From NCBI GenBank assembly GCA_036261265.1, contig DATALC010000059.1:11124-75123 (forward strand): DNA of 64,000 bases, written 5' to 3'. A program made the position numbers and the translations under genes. Source of the stretch: Bacteroidales bacterium (lineage in GTDB: Bacteria > Bacteroidota > Bacteroidia > Bacteroidales > VadinHA17). Of the stretch, positions 36,858 through 50,300 are shown one piece after another. The stretch's first letter is position 1; the number at the start of each line of letters is the position of its first letter. Under the pieces are notes generated by a model. That model was not told where the DNA came from, searched no databases, and saw only the letters and a program-made list of their open reading frames with translations.

Positions 36858-37391
36858 ATGTTCAGGCTTAAGAAAACGCATCTATGCCTTCTTTTGCTGC
36901 TTTTTGACTTTAGCTCACTCTGTTTTGGACAGAGCGGAAATCCTTCAACAGCTATGGGTCATATAGTTGCAGAGGTTATAACTGTATACTCAGCAACTGA
37001 AACTGCACAGATGAATTTCGGAAGATTTGCACCGGGATCTGAGGGGGGGGAAATCATTCTTACCCCTTCAGGTACCTTATCGGTCCGTGGCAACATTTAC
37101 ACAGGCAATGGAACACATAACGCTGCAAGCTTTTATATTTCAGGTGATCCTAATGCCTCATTTACTGTGTCTCTTCCGCAAACCCCGGTTTTCCTCAAAC
37201 ATATATCGAGTTCTAAAACTATGATGATTGAAGATTGGATCGCAAACACGGGTACAGGAATTGGTTCCGGTATTTTAGAGGATGGTGCCCAGACTGTTTT
37301 TGTGGGTGCAACGCTTAAAGTTGGAAGTCTTCAGGATAATCCTGTCGGAGTGTATGCCGGAACTTATACAATATCATTCGATTTCAATTAG
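36858..37391 (+). CDS. DUF4402 / SCPU-like fimbrial subunit candidate 2 (contains a G8 tract)
   Basis: After the signal peptide it reads MNFGRFAPG...ASFYISGDPNASFTVSLP...GATLKVGSLQDNPVGVYAGTYTISFDFN, the same architecture as subunit 1. Confidence 0.75.
   Translation: MFRLKKTHLCLLLLLFDFSSLCFGQSGNPSTAMGHIVAEVITVYSATETAQMNFGRFAPGSEGGEIILTPSGTLSVRGNIYTGNGTHNAASFYISGDPNASFTVSLPQTPVFLKHISSSKTMMIEDWIANTGTGIGSGILEDGAQTVFVGATLKVGSLQDNPVGVYAGTYTISFDFN
37043..37050 (+). repeat. homopolymeric G8 tract inside the pilin-like CDS
   Basis: The codons are gaG GGG GGG Gaa, encoding E-G-G-E. This is the longest G/C homopolymer I found in the window; others are 6 nt or shorter. Confidence 0.9.
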
Positions 37392-37410
37392 CACTAATTA
37401 TCAATTTACC

Positions 37411-38268
37411 ATGCTAAACAGTAAAGCTTTGCATTCAACAAATTGGAATTGTTTGTTTTTTTTATTTCTGGCTTATATTTTCGGGACGCCTGATACTTTT
37501 GGACAGGGTAATCTGCTTATAACTCCACGAAGAGTTGTATTTGAAGGAAATAAAAGAGTAGTAGATCTGAATCTTGCGAATACGAGTCCGGATTCAGCTA
37601 CATTCGCAATATCGCTGGTGCAGATGCGAATGACAGAGACCGGCGCTTTTGAGCAGATTAACGAGCCTGATCCGGGACAATTATTTGCAAGTAACTATAT
37701 ACGTTATTTCCCTCGCACAGTTAAGTTGGGGCCTAACGAATCGCAGGTAGTTAAAGTCCAGCTTAACAGAATTAATCAGCTTTCTCCCGGCGAATACAGA
37801 TCTCATTTTTACTTCAGAGCTGTTCCCAAAGCAGATCCATTGGGTCAGGAGAGTAAGACGGTCGATACGACTGCAATAGCAGTAATGCTAAAACCTATTT
37901 TTGGCATTACAATACCGGTTATAATAAGAGTCGGTGAAGTTTCTGCCAAAATAACGCTTTCAGACTTGTCATTAAAAACGATAAACGACACTATTCCAAA
38001 TATTACGATGACTTTCAATCGTTCAGGAAATTCATCGGTTTATGGAGATATTGCCGTGTATCATATTTCAAAACAGGGAAAGGAGACAAAAGTCGGCATA
38101 GCAAATGGGATTGCAGTCTACACTCCAAATTCAAAGAGATCATTCCAGTTTAACCTGAATAACGTTCCGGGAGTGGATTACTCTTCCGGAACCCTCAGGG
38201 TTGTTTTTTCTGCGCCATCGGATGTTAAACCGGAACGGTATGCTGAAGCTGAACTTCAATTGAATTGA
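37411..38268 (+). CDS. PapD-like periplasmic pilus chaperone
   Basis: The signal peptide is followed by LLITPRRVVFEGNKRVVDLNLANTSPDSATFAISLVQ, a PapD_N-like first strand with a conserved Arg. There is a two-domain Ig-like length of 285 aa. The start is ATG at 37411, and the listed 37282 overlaps the upstream gene. Confidence 0.7.
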   Translation: MLNSKALHSTNWNCLFFLFLAYIFGTPDTFGQGNLLITPRRVVFEGNKRVVDLNLANTSPDSATFAISLVQMRMTETGAFEQINEPDPGQLFASNYIRYFPRTVKLGPNESQVVKVQLNRINQLSPGEYRSHFYFRAVPKADPLGQESKTVDTTAIAVMLKPIFGITIPVIIRVGEVSAKITLSDLSLKTINDTIPNITMTFNRSGNSSVYGDIAVYHISKQGKETKVGIANGIAVYTPNSKRSFQFNLNNVPGVDYSSGTLRVVFSAPSDVKPERYAEAELQLN

Positions 38269-38359
38269 GATTCAGGATTGAAGTAAAACGCATATTATTT
38301 TGATTTTAAAGCTTTGATCTAGAAGCTTTACGGGGAGTATTGAACACAATATCAGACTA

Positions 38360-41300
38360 TTGCTTAGCCAAATCAGTATAATACGATTATTCGTATACAA
38401 AGCAATCTTGTTTATTGCTTTTGTATGCATTAGTATTGTAATTTCAGGTCAGGTTACGGGCGATTACCAGTCTTTTCGGGATGGAACATGGAGTGATAGA
38501 ACTGATTGGAGAAGATGGGACGGGAATTCCTGGGAGACACCTACTGCAGCCCAGGGATATCCAGGTAGCAGCTCCGTTCCGGGAACTGTAACAATTCTGA
38601 ATACCCATGATATGGTTCTGAATGCAACTCCTGCTAATGCGATAGGAAACCTGATTGTAGGTCAGGGCGCAAGCGGAACACTCGTGATGGGAAGTAATAG
38701 CACCTCCAGAACACTCACAATAAACGGGAATCTTACTATCTCAACCAATGCAAGCATAACAGTAAGTAATAACACTGCGACCCATCTACTTTATATCAGT
38801 GGAAATTTAATAGTTAATGGTACACTGGATCTTCAATATGATAATAATAGCCTCTGCAGTACTGTATTTGAAGGGACATCTCAGATAATCAGTGGGGGAG
38901 GGATAGCAGATTTTTATAGTATAACGAGTAATTCCGGATTGTTATCACTTGCCCGTAATATCAACATTTACAATGGGAATATTACTGTAAACAATGGTAC
39001 ATTTGATCTGGGTGTTTACACAGCAAATCGATCTGCCGCAACCGGTACCTTGACTCTTAATGCGGGGACAACAATGAGGATCGCAGGAACCAACTCGCTT
39101 CCTGTTAATTATACATACTCATTCAACAACACAAGTACAGTCGAATATTACGGGACTTATCAGAATATAACGCCTGCAACCTATGGGAATCTGGTTATTT
39201 CAGGCAGCGGTAATAAGACAAGTTCATCAGAAGTTTTCACCGTAACTAATAATTTATCAGTCAGTTCAGGAACCCTTGTACTTCAGGCAACGAACGCTGA
39301 TTATCTAGTTGGTAACAACCTTACTGTTTCATCGGGTGCAACTCTCTATCATAATGTTGAATGGGGTACTAGACTTCTGAGTGTCGGTGGCAACCTGTCC
39401 ATTGCAGGCAACTACGATTATTCAGGAGTGCCAAGAGCTCATATACAAATGAATGGTACCGGATCGAAAACTATAAATACCGGTTCAACGGAATTAAGCA
39501 TTTTAACTCTCATGAACGGCGACTATTCCGCAACCGGTCCTGTCACGGTTAATGACAATTTCTGGGCAATGTTCGGCACCACAGGATCATTTTCAACAAA
39601 CGGTCAGACAATCAATGCTAATGCATCCTTGCTTATAAACGGCGGAACAGTAAATATTAATGGCGGTATCCTTAATGTCACAGGTGGATTGTCAGCCGGT
39701 ACAGGAGGACTTACAGGGAATGTAAATATGACTTCAGGCACACTGAATACAGATAATATTCTTATTTCGCCTTCCTGTTCATTTTTATGTACGGGTTCGC
39801 CCCAGATCAATATCTCCGGCAATTTTACAAACAACGGAACATTTACAGGAGGAAGTTCAAACATAACGCTGACGGGAATATCAGATCAAAACATTGACGG
39901 TTTCAGTACAGCCGGTACGCTGAGTGTAGTAAAAACAGGCGGAACAGCAAAACTACTTGGGAATGTAAGCGGGTCAGGGTTGACTGTGAACGGAGCGGGA
40001 GGTTCCTTAAATTTAGGAAACGGATTAACAAATACATTCAGCGGTGCATTTAACTTTTCAAACGGTTCAATAAACGGCGGTTCTTCCACACTCCGTTTAG
40101 GAGGAACATCAACTGTTACAGGAGGAAGCTTTACTGCAGGCACAGGAACAGTTGAATTTTATGGAGGAGCACAAACAGTTCCGGCTTTCGCCTACAATAA
40201 CCTTACAATATCAGGAGGAAATTCAAAGACACTTGGCGCCAATACACGGATAAGCGGCAACCTTAGCCTTACAAGCGGCATTCTGGATCTGGGTGGACAT
40301 GACCTTACTCTGGGTCCTGGCTCCGGCATTTCCGGATCATTCTCCGCCACGAGTATGATCAATACTGGTAACAATATCGTCATCAAAGAGGGGAACCAAA
40401 ACACCGATTTTATCATAAACCTTCCAATCGGTAATGGTTCTGCATACACTCCTGTCAGTATTGCAAACTTTACGGCAACAGCAATTGCTCCTTCATCATG
40501 GATCAGTGTAAGGAGTTCAGCTGCTCCCGCACCGGGAATACCAGGAACACATCCTCTTAACCGTCACTGGATAACTTCATGCAGTGGAATAACCGGATCA
40601 GTTCTTGCAGATATCAGCTTCATGTATCTTCCCTCCGATATTCCATCGGGAGGAACATCAGAATTGTATGAAATATATTACAGACCAACAGCGGGAGAAT
40701 GGGGAAAGCCAGGCGGCGCTTCGGCTGCCGGCAGTAACCCTTTAAGAGCCACTGCTGCCACAACTTTAAACGCAACATGGTCAGGCACTGAGCCTGAGAA
40801 ACGAACTTTTTTCTCCTTCAGGAGCGGCTCCTGGGATGTGGCAAGTACCTGGACACTTGACCCCTCAGGCACACAATGGCTCAATCCTGATTCATATACT
40901 CCTTCAAATTCACCAACATTTGAAAATGATGAGGTTATTGTTCTTTCAGGCCACATGGTTACTATAGCCTCCAATGGCAAGAGAAACAAGAATCTTACTG
41001 TAAACGGCACTCTTGATTTCGGAATAACAACAGGGCATTCATTTGAAACAATATCAGGAACAGGAAGAATAAGGCTTGCCAATGACAACTTCCCATCCGG
41101 TGATGCTGCAAATTTCATAACACAGGACCAGGGCGAAGGGATGGTAGAGTATTACGGGAACACACGAAATCTCAACATTTCACGTACATTTTATAATCTG
41201 GAGGTGAATCTGACCCCTGGGAACTCGCTTATTATCCTTGCAGACTATATAATTAATGGTAATCTAACAATTTCAAACGGTAGCTTTAGTATTTCTGCGC

Positions 41301-44300
41301 CTAATCCTCTTAATATTACAGTGTATGGGAATCTTTCAATAGAATCTTCTGGAAAGATTGTGACAGGTAGTGCAAATTCACGGCATCAGCTTAACCTCTA
41401 CGGAGATTTTACAAATAATGGCGAGGCCAGTTTTACTAACCGGCTTGGTCCCGACTATGTTAACGAGGCATCAAACGGGATCGTTGATGTAAATTTCCTC
41501 AACGATACAAGGAATCAGAGTATCATTTGTAATGGTCTGACAAGGTTCTACAGGATTGAAATTGACAAAGGGGAAGATTTCACTTATGTGCTGAACATTG
41601 ATGCAACAAATCCGGATTATTTCAAACTCTTAGGATTTGCAAATGAGAGTCATGGGTCAATCCCGCAACTCACTGAAAACAATAATGCGCTTGGACTTGT
41701 GAAGGGTTCAGTCAGGATCGGCAACAGCATCATTTTACCTGTATTGTCTGAAGCTAATGTTTATAGCATTTCAGAAAACGCACAATTATGGATTGACAGG
41801 GGCACAGTTTTAAAAAACGGGAATGGAACACTTGCCATCTATGGAAAATTAAAAATTTCAAATGGTCTTGTTGAAGTAAAAACAGCAGGAGGAATTACAT
41901 TCCGTGAGAATGGAATTCTTAATGTTGAAGGCGGTACTTTGAATACAAACCAGTTAAGATCATTCGAGACGGGTACATCCAATTACGGAGGTTATGTTCA
42001 AACCGCAGGAAATGTAAATATACTCGGAGGACCGGTAAACAATGATTATTATGTCTTTTCGCTTCCTTATCCAGAAAGCGTTTTCAATATGAGCGGCGGG
42101 ACTCTTACTGTAAATACAGCTACAGGAGCCGGAGGGATATTGATAAACTCCAATCCTGAAAATATAAAGGTTTCGGGTGGAGCGGTAATTGCTGAAACGA
42201 AATCGACAGATGATTTTCGTATTACGTCAACAGCTGCTTTTTGGGATCTGACTTTTAAAAACTCCACTTCTGCAACAGGACTCTTTACACTTGGTCCCGC
42301 AAATGATATAGGACCAGCCAATATTGACATTCCTGCCCAGCCTTTGAAAATACTGAATGATTTCAGAATATGGGGAAAAGAATCCGGAGGAGTCTCTTAC
42401 CCTGTAATATCATTCAGTCCCGGTACAAACGACATTTATATAGGTGGTTCTTTTTTCATCGAAGATGGCGCCAGGTATATTCCGGTCAGCGGTGGCAACC
42501 CACCTTACGATGCTATTGCCAATCAGCCCACATCAAAGAATACAACATATTTCAATAAAACAGGTGGAACAAGCCCTGTTGAAGAATTATACCAGGGTGA
42601 TATTTCAAATCCTCTGGAATTCGGTAATATAATTATCGACCGCACGAATGGTTATGAGGTAAAACTTACTTCTGCCTCCTCAAGGGTTAATGAATCAGTT
42701 ATTCTTGACATAAACGGGAGCGCATCAGTACTCTCAGGCATTCTTAATCAAAATCTTTTCACAATCCGCACCTGGGGTGCAATCGTAAATAATGACCGGA
42801 TGGGCACATGGCTTCCCGGGGTAACCCCGAGCCGTGCACAGATACAGCTTGTGGAGAATCCATCTCTTACTCTGTCGACTACTTCCAATGCAGTCTTTGG
42901 AAATGTTCAGGTTAATGTGACTCCGCCTTCATTGCTTTCACTTAGCAGCGATGTTTATATTGAACGTATGGAGTATGTGAAAGGTCTGATTTATCTGAAA
43001 AATTTCAATCTTAAAATTGATAATCTATGGAATATGGCTGCAGGCATGTTCCAGAATATTCCTGCTACAAGTTATTTGAAAGTCCTTAATAATGGCTATT
43101 CCGGTAATTCGATGATATTTACAGACGGAAAGGCAGGTGATGGAGGTCTTACGTTAAAGATAAGTTCTGACTCTCAGGCAGAAAATGAAAACAACATTTT
43201 AAACAACTTTGGACCAGTTACATTCCCCTTAGGCTTTTCTCCTGATAATGGCGTGACCCAATACTTCAGACCTGCACAAGTTGTTGTAAAAAATCTGACA
43301 ATGCCCGGGTATATAACTATAAGGCCGGTCATGGGAGCCCTTCAGACTACAAACCAGTCCGGAAATCAGGTCCTGCAACATTACTGGCGTGTTACTCATT
43401 CAGGGTTTGCGTCTCTTCCGACAGTTGCCTATCGTTTTTATTATCGCAGGCAGACCGGCATTAGTAATGTTGATTTATCCGAACTGACAAACGAAACAAA
43501 TTATGTGCCCGGGAAAGTTCTTGATGAGGCGCCTTATACACGGCAGTCTGAAAGCAACACTGACATATTCAGGGCTCTGATCGAAACAAATAGCCGTGCA
43601 ATCACTATTAATGGTTCCAGTATTAATGCCCTATTCAGTCCGGCTGTCACTGGGGTGACACTCGAGAATGCGAATTATACTGCAGGAACTACAAACCGTT
43701 TTACAGGAAGCGTTCTTATCTATTATTCACGTGATTACGAACAGGAAGCAAGATGGAACGATCGTTTATCATGGACACGCAGTGATATTTTGAATCCTTT
43801 GTACCAGCCACATGACAGCCGGCAACCGGCAGCGCCTGCAGTTCCGGGTGCCGGCGATGTTGCAGTAATTGGCTGGGTACCATGGACCGATTCTAAAGTT
43901 GATCTCAGGGGACAGCCACATGGTATGTGGATCACAGATACACGGTCTATAGCCGAAGTAGTTTTCACTAAGATGACTGACAACGCAGGTAATCCTGTAA
44001 GCCGTGTTTACAGGTCAAATTTTCAGTTCAGACCTACACTGACGATAAACGGCAGGGATGGTGATAATGGAATCCTCACTGCCAAACTTGTAAAAGGAGA
44101 GGGATTGTTCTGGAACAGAGGATCTGATCCTGATTATTCACTGATGGATATAGGTGATTTTGCCCGTCAGGATTCCTCTTATGTGATTTATGAAAACTTT
44201 ACAACTAACAGGGTTATAAATAATACACCTGCTCTTTTCCCTAACCTGTACATTTCAAATGATAACTGGGGCGCTAATGATCACAATTTTACTTTCGCCA

Positions 44301-47300
44301 GAGATATTGCTACTACAGGAAACGTGGAGTTATTGGGAAATGTCAATCTTCTGTTGCCAAATGGAACAACCGGCAATATGACAATTGGCCGGGATCTGGT
44401 AATGTTTGTGAATCAAGGTTCGGGCAGCGGCGCAGAGATCGGTTATGCCAATAGTGGTTCCCCACGAAGGATTATTGTTAATGGCGATCTTATAATGGCA
44501 AATACGGCCAGCATAATTAATGTCAGAACACCGAACACTACAGCACCTTTGGTTGATCATGAACTTCATATTAAAGGCAATATTATCCAGGGAAGCACTT
44601 CATACGCATCAACCGGGTTACGTTTATGGACAGGAGCCAACCAGGATCGGATAACATTATTCCTTGAAGGAGATAACAGCATGAATTATTACCTCATTAA
44701 TGGAAGTACACCTGTGTTGTATCGTCTTGTTATAAATAAAGGTAATAGTATTGCAACTTCAGTCACTTTCAATTCGGGTTTTAGCCTGAATGGACCCACT
44801 TATGGATCAGGCGTACCTAAAGCTCTGGAACTACAGAATGGTTTGTTCATTGTAAATAACTCAAGTGTAAATTTGAATCTTACAACCGGTAATGATCATT
44901 TTAGTATTCCTTCTACTGCCGGTCTTGAAATCAGGCAGGGCAATCTCATTACATCAGGAAATTCAGGAATTTCACTTGATGGGCTTTTACGTTTGAGTGG
45001 GGGAAATTTGAATATGTCATCTGGTGACAATCCAATAGAATACTCAGCATCCGGTAATGCAATGATAGAAGTTAGCGCCGGTACATTAAATGTTGGAGGC
45101 CAGATACGTCGCAGTCCCACTTCAGATGTTGGAATACTACACTACAAACAAACCTCAGGAACTGTTATCGCTGGAAGTAATTCGGCAACTGTGAATAACC
45201 GTGGTGTATTTGAAATACTTAATCCCGGCAGTTCTTTCTCCATGACCGGAGGCGATCTCTATATTGCCCGCTCACAAGCTAGTCCTTCCATAGCTTCTTT
45301 TTACTTCGATCCATCCAACTGCAATATTGATGTGGCAGCCAATATACATATTGGGCATTCTACTACTCCGGAAGCACAAACTATTGGAGTTTTTGCCGGC
45401 AAACCTCTGCCTAAGTTAAGGATCAATAACACAAGTAGTAATAGCCCGATCGCCAGACTTGAAATTGTACCGGCAACTATTACCAACCTGTTGCAGATTG
45501 ATGCCGGAACTTCTTTTAATGCGAACGGACTTAATCTTATTCTTAATGGAGACCTTTCTGTCAGCGGAACTTTTATTCCTGCCGGTAATACAACATTTTT
45601 CAGTGGAAACAGTCCTCAAACGATCAGCGGAAGCGGGGCATCGGTAAACTTCTATAATCTTGATAAAACTTCATCCGTTGACCTTGCTCTGAGTTCCGGT
45701 AATACTCCATTGCTTGTTTCGAATGCCATTTACCTGCGGAATGGCACCTTTTCAGACAATGGTAATACTATAACACTGAAAGGTAATATTTTCAACGATG
45801 CAGTTCACCTTAACAACGGAACAGGTGATGGAATTGCAATGAATGGCAATGTTGCCCAGTTACTCACCGGTAATGGGGTTTTCGGCAAACTTACTATTAA
45901 CAACCCCGGTGGAGTGAACATACCTGTAGGTAATCAGCTCACAATAACGCGGTCACTTAAAATGCAGGCCGGTGTCTTAAATATTGGCAGAAATCTCCTT
46001 GACCTGGGAGTGGATGCAGTGATTGAAGAAGCATCTCCTTTTTCAACTTCCAATATGATCGAGACAAATATTTCCTTTACCGATAACGGTCTTAGGAAAA
46101 CATTCAAGTCAGGGGGGCCACTGGTATTCACTTTCCCTATGGGCTCCAATTACAAGTATACACCTGTAAGAATAAATATCTCAGCCAACGGGAACAATTC
46201 AGGGAGTATCACTGTGAAACCGGCAAGTGAGATGCATCCAAGTATCGTGGATGATACCGAATCGGGCGTGCAGATTGTTGATAAGGATAACGCGCTCCAG
46301 TATTACTGGACTTTGAAATCGGAAGGAATAACTGGTTTCTCCGCTACTGCAAGGATGTATTATGCAGAGGCTGATGTAAAAGTTACTTCTCCTTACACAA
46401 TTGCAGATTACCATACTGCCAGTCTGCTTACAAGTGGCAATGGGACATGGCTGAAATTCCCAAATACCTCTTTTGATGAAACAAACAAGTGCCTAGTTTT
46501 CAGTTTTACAGGAACGGATGATGCTCAGATAAGCGGAGATTACACAGCCGGTGCCGGTGATGCAACCCTCGACGGGGCCATCCCTTCTCATATAACTGTT
46601 TATGAGACAAATAGCAGCGGAAACTGGACAACCGGATCGATTTGGACACCTAATGTAAGTGGCGGGCCCCGTGGAGGCAGTGTAAAAATAAATACACCTC
46701 ATACAGTTGATGTATCTACTGACTATCTTTCATGCTACATGGCTGAAATCAATGGTACCTTAAATCTCGCTGGCACATTCGGACACAGGTTGGGTATTGT
46801 TAATGGGGCCGGGACAATTTATATGGAAAGGGGAGAAATGCCGGCAGGAGTTTATGCAAATTTCTTCTCTCCTGCCGGTGGCACACTTCATTTTGGAGGT
46901 GCTGACAGTTACGACATTCTGGGAAATATTCCCGTTGTCAACAATCTGACTATTTCAGGAAGCGGTATGAAGAGACTTCCAAACAATAATGTTACTATAA
47001 ATGGTAACTTAACTATTACTGGCGCTTCTGATCTGGATGTAGTTAATTATTATAACAGGAAAATAAGCATTAAAGGAGATTTAACCCGTACCCTGGGTGA
47101 CTTTGAAGCCGGAACAGGTGTCAATGCGACCCTTGCTTTAAATGGAACTCTGCAACAGACGATATCAGGTTCCTTCATTGATAATAATGCTGTCAACAAT
47201 CTCGAGATTAGTAATAGTAATAATGTTACACTTGACGGGCAACTTGAAATTGACGGGGAACTGAAGCTGATTGAAGGGATGATAACTGTTGGACCATCAG

Positions 47301-50300
47301 GTTTACTGAAGATTAATTATGGAGCAGGTATTTTACCCTCTGCAGGTACACCTCTGTCTTTCGTAAACGGAATTCTGACCAAGGAATTAATGAATGGCAA
47401 CAGTTTTACATTCCCTGTTGGCAATTATACAAGCACAAAGGCACACGGTGCTATAACATTACAAAACATCTCAGGCCCTGCCGGCATCAATAACTGGAGT
47501 GCATCCTATTTCTTCTCGAGTCCGACACTTGCCGGCTATAATACTTCGAGCTATGAAAGCTCGATTTCAACTGTGAGTAACACCGAGTACTGGAATTTAG
47601 ATTGTCCTGCGTCCGGGGCTTCAGTAATCACAATCAATCTGGATGGTTCCAGTGATGTGGCCAGCGCCCTGGATGATCTTTCAAACCTGCGTGTTGTGGG
47701 ATGGAATGGTACAAGGTGGGAAATTGTCGGAACAGGAGCTATTGTTACCGGAACAAAAACTTCCGGAACAATTACAACAACGACACCCGTTGATTATGAC
47801 ATTTATTCAGTTATTACACTTGCTTCTGTAATTCCTGTTGCCTCAGGAACTGCCACAATAACAACACCTGCTGTTGTAAATATCTGTAATGGTTCAACCA
47901 CCAGGATAATTGTAAATTTTACAGGTGAAACGCCTTATGTGCTTACATATAAAGAAGGAGGTACTACAGTTTATCCTCCTGCTATTAATGAACCTTTTTA
48001 TTATATAGACGCGAATCCTTCAGGACCTACGGTATATACTTTAGAGACCATCACAGCTAACGGTGTTCCGGGAACAATCACAGGTACTTCTTCTGTAACA
48101 GTTAATGTGAATCCAAAACCTGTAGTGAACCTGACACGATCCGGTTCAGGCGCTATATGTGAAGGAACATCAATTACTTTTACAGCCTCACCGGGTTTAT
48201 CGCAATACGTCTTCAGAATAAATAGTTCTACTTACGAAAGTATCAGTAATGTTTACACTACCACACTTCCTGTTGGAACAAATTCGATTGACGTAACAGG
48301 GACAAATGCAGGTGGATGTTCGGCAACAAGCAGCGCTCTTGCTGTTACAGTTAATCCTCTGCCTGGCGCGGCTGGTGCTATCACTGGAGCCGCTTCTGTC
48401 TGTCGTGCTTCAGCCGCTCAGACATATACTGTACCGGTCATTTCTGATGCTACAAGCTATTTATGGTCCTTTTCCGGTGCTGGAGCAAGCGGTAGTAGTA
48501 ATACAAACAGCATTAATCTCACTTTCCCGACAGCAGGTACTGCTATTATTACAGTACGTGGTGTTAACGCTTGTGGTAATGGGGTGCCTTCAACCTTTAA
48601 TGTTTCTGTAAATACCTTATCAACTCCCGGGGCAGCAGGTGTAATCTCAGGTGTTAGTCAGGTTTGCAGGGGTGGAACAGGATATACTTATAGTGTAGCT
48701 GCAGTTGCTAATGCCACAAGCTATATCTGGACGTATTCAGGAACAGGCGCTGAGATAAATGGCACAGGGAATAGCGTGACAATCAATTTTGCGGGTAACG
48801 CAACAGCGGGTAACCTTAAAGTTGCGGGCACCAATGGTTGTGCAACAGGAGCTTATTCACCTAATTTCAGTATTGTTCCAAACGAACCTCCGACTGCATC
48901 CATTAGCCCTGCTGTACTTTCTGTCTGCAGTAGTGCTCCTCTTACAATTATGGCTTCTCCTTCCGGAGGGCTGACACCTTATACAGTACACTCATGGACA
49001 GGAACCGGGGCAGATTACCTGTCAACAACCTCCTCTGCTAATACAACATTCAGCAGTTCGGCAGGAGGAGACTATGGCCTTACATATACTGTTACCGATA
49101 CAAGGGGTTGTTCAGGTTCAGTTAGTACAACAGTTACTGTACATCAGTCGCCTGTTGCTAATGCAGGGACTGATCTGACTGATTTATGTTCGGGAACATC
49201 ACCAATAACTATGACAGGCGCATCTGCCTTATATTCATACACCGGTACACCGGTGTGGACAGGGACCGGAGGCACCTGGACGCAGAATCCTGATCCTGCA
49301 TTAGCAACATTCACTCCATCAACACAATCAGGCAATACGATTGCTACTCTCACTTTAACAGGAGCAAATGGTTGCTCTAATGTCACAGACTCAAGGAACA
49401 TAACATGGAGCAGAACACCTTTGCAACCCGGAAACTTCACTGTTAGCAGCTCTTCTGTTTGCCGGGGTCAGACAGGGGTTGTTTATACTGTACCAAATGA
49501 TCCCATTGTTACAACATATAACTGGACATATACTATTGGATCGGGAGCCCTTATCTCAGGAACAGGTAATAGTATTACAGTGAATTTTTCTGGTACTGCT
49601 ACGTCTGGCAGTTTGAATGTTACAGCAACGAATTCCTGCGGTACAAGTACTTCAAGATCAATTCTTATAACAGTAAATATTCCCCAGATTGCAGCATTTA
49701 GTTATCCGGGATCACCTTATTGCCCCTCAGATGCAGATCCTCTTCCGGCTCTTGTTGGATCAGCCGGAACATTTTCATCAACTGCGGGACTTATAATTAA
49801 TGCAACAACAGGATTAATTGATCTTTCTGCAAGCATTCCGGACACATATACAATCACCAATACAATTGCAGCAACAGGAGGCTGCGGAATTATTGAAGCA
49901 ACTAATGCAATAACCATAATTTCGGATTATGTATGGACAGGAGCAGCCGGGCAGGATTGGAATTTTGCGAGTAACTGGTCATGCAGCACTGTGCCGGGAA
50001 TTTACAGTTCGATCCATATCCCTGATGTACTCAATAAACCAATACTTGGTTCTACAGGTACTGTTAAAAATTTAACAATAGATGCAGGCTCCTCACTTAC
50101 TCTTGACGGAGGCGCTCTTCAGATATCGGGTACAATAACAAATAGCGGTTTACTTGATGTTTCAAATGGCAGAATAGAGCTGAACGGAACCTCTCCTCAG
50201 ATCATTCCTGAGAATGTCTTCCTTGATAATAAGATAAATGATCTCATAATAGACAATCCTTCAGGCGTTACTTTACTTGGTCCGTTAAGTGTTCTGGGCT

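Noticed and set aside
37456-37463. T8 run in the chaperone signal-peptide region, considered as a second phase-variation tract
   Set aside because: A/T homopolymers of 8-9 nt occur repeatedly in this AT-rich sequence (for example at 2634, 5462, 24570 and 35953). They are not statistically remarkable, unlike the G8 tract.
38308-38329. Hairpin AAAGCTT-N8-AAGCTTT between the chaperone and giant genes, considered as an intra-operon terminator or attenuator
   Set aside because: The stem is only 7 bp and AT-rich, with no following U-run. This is too weak to call.
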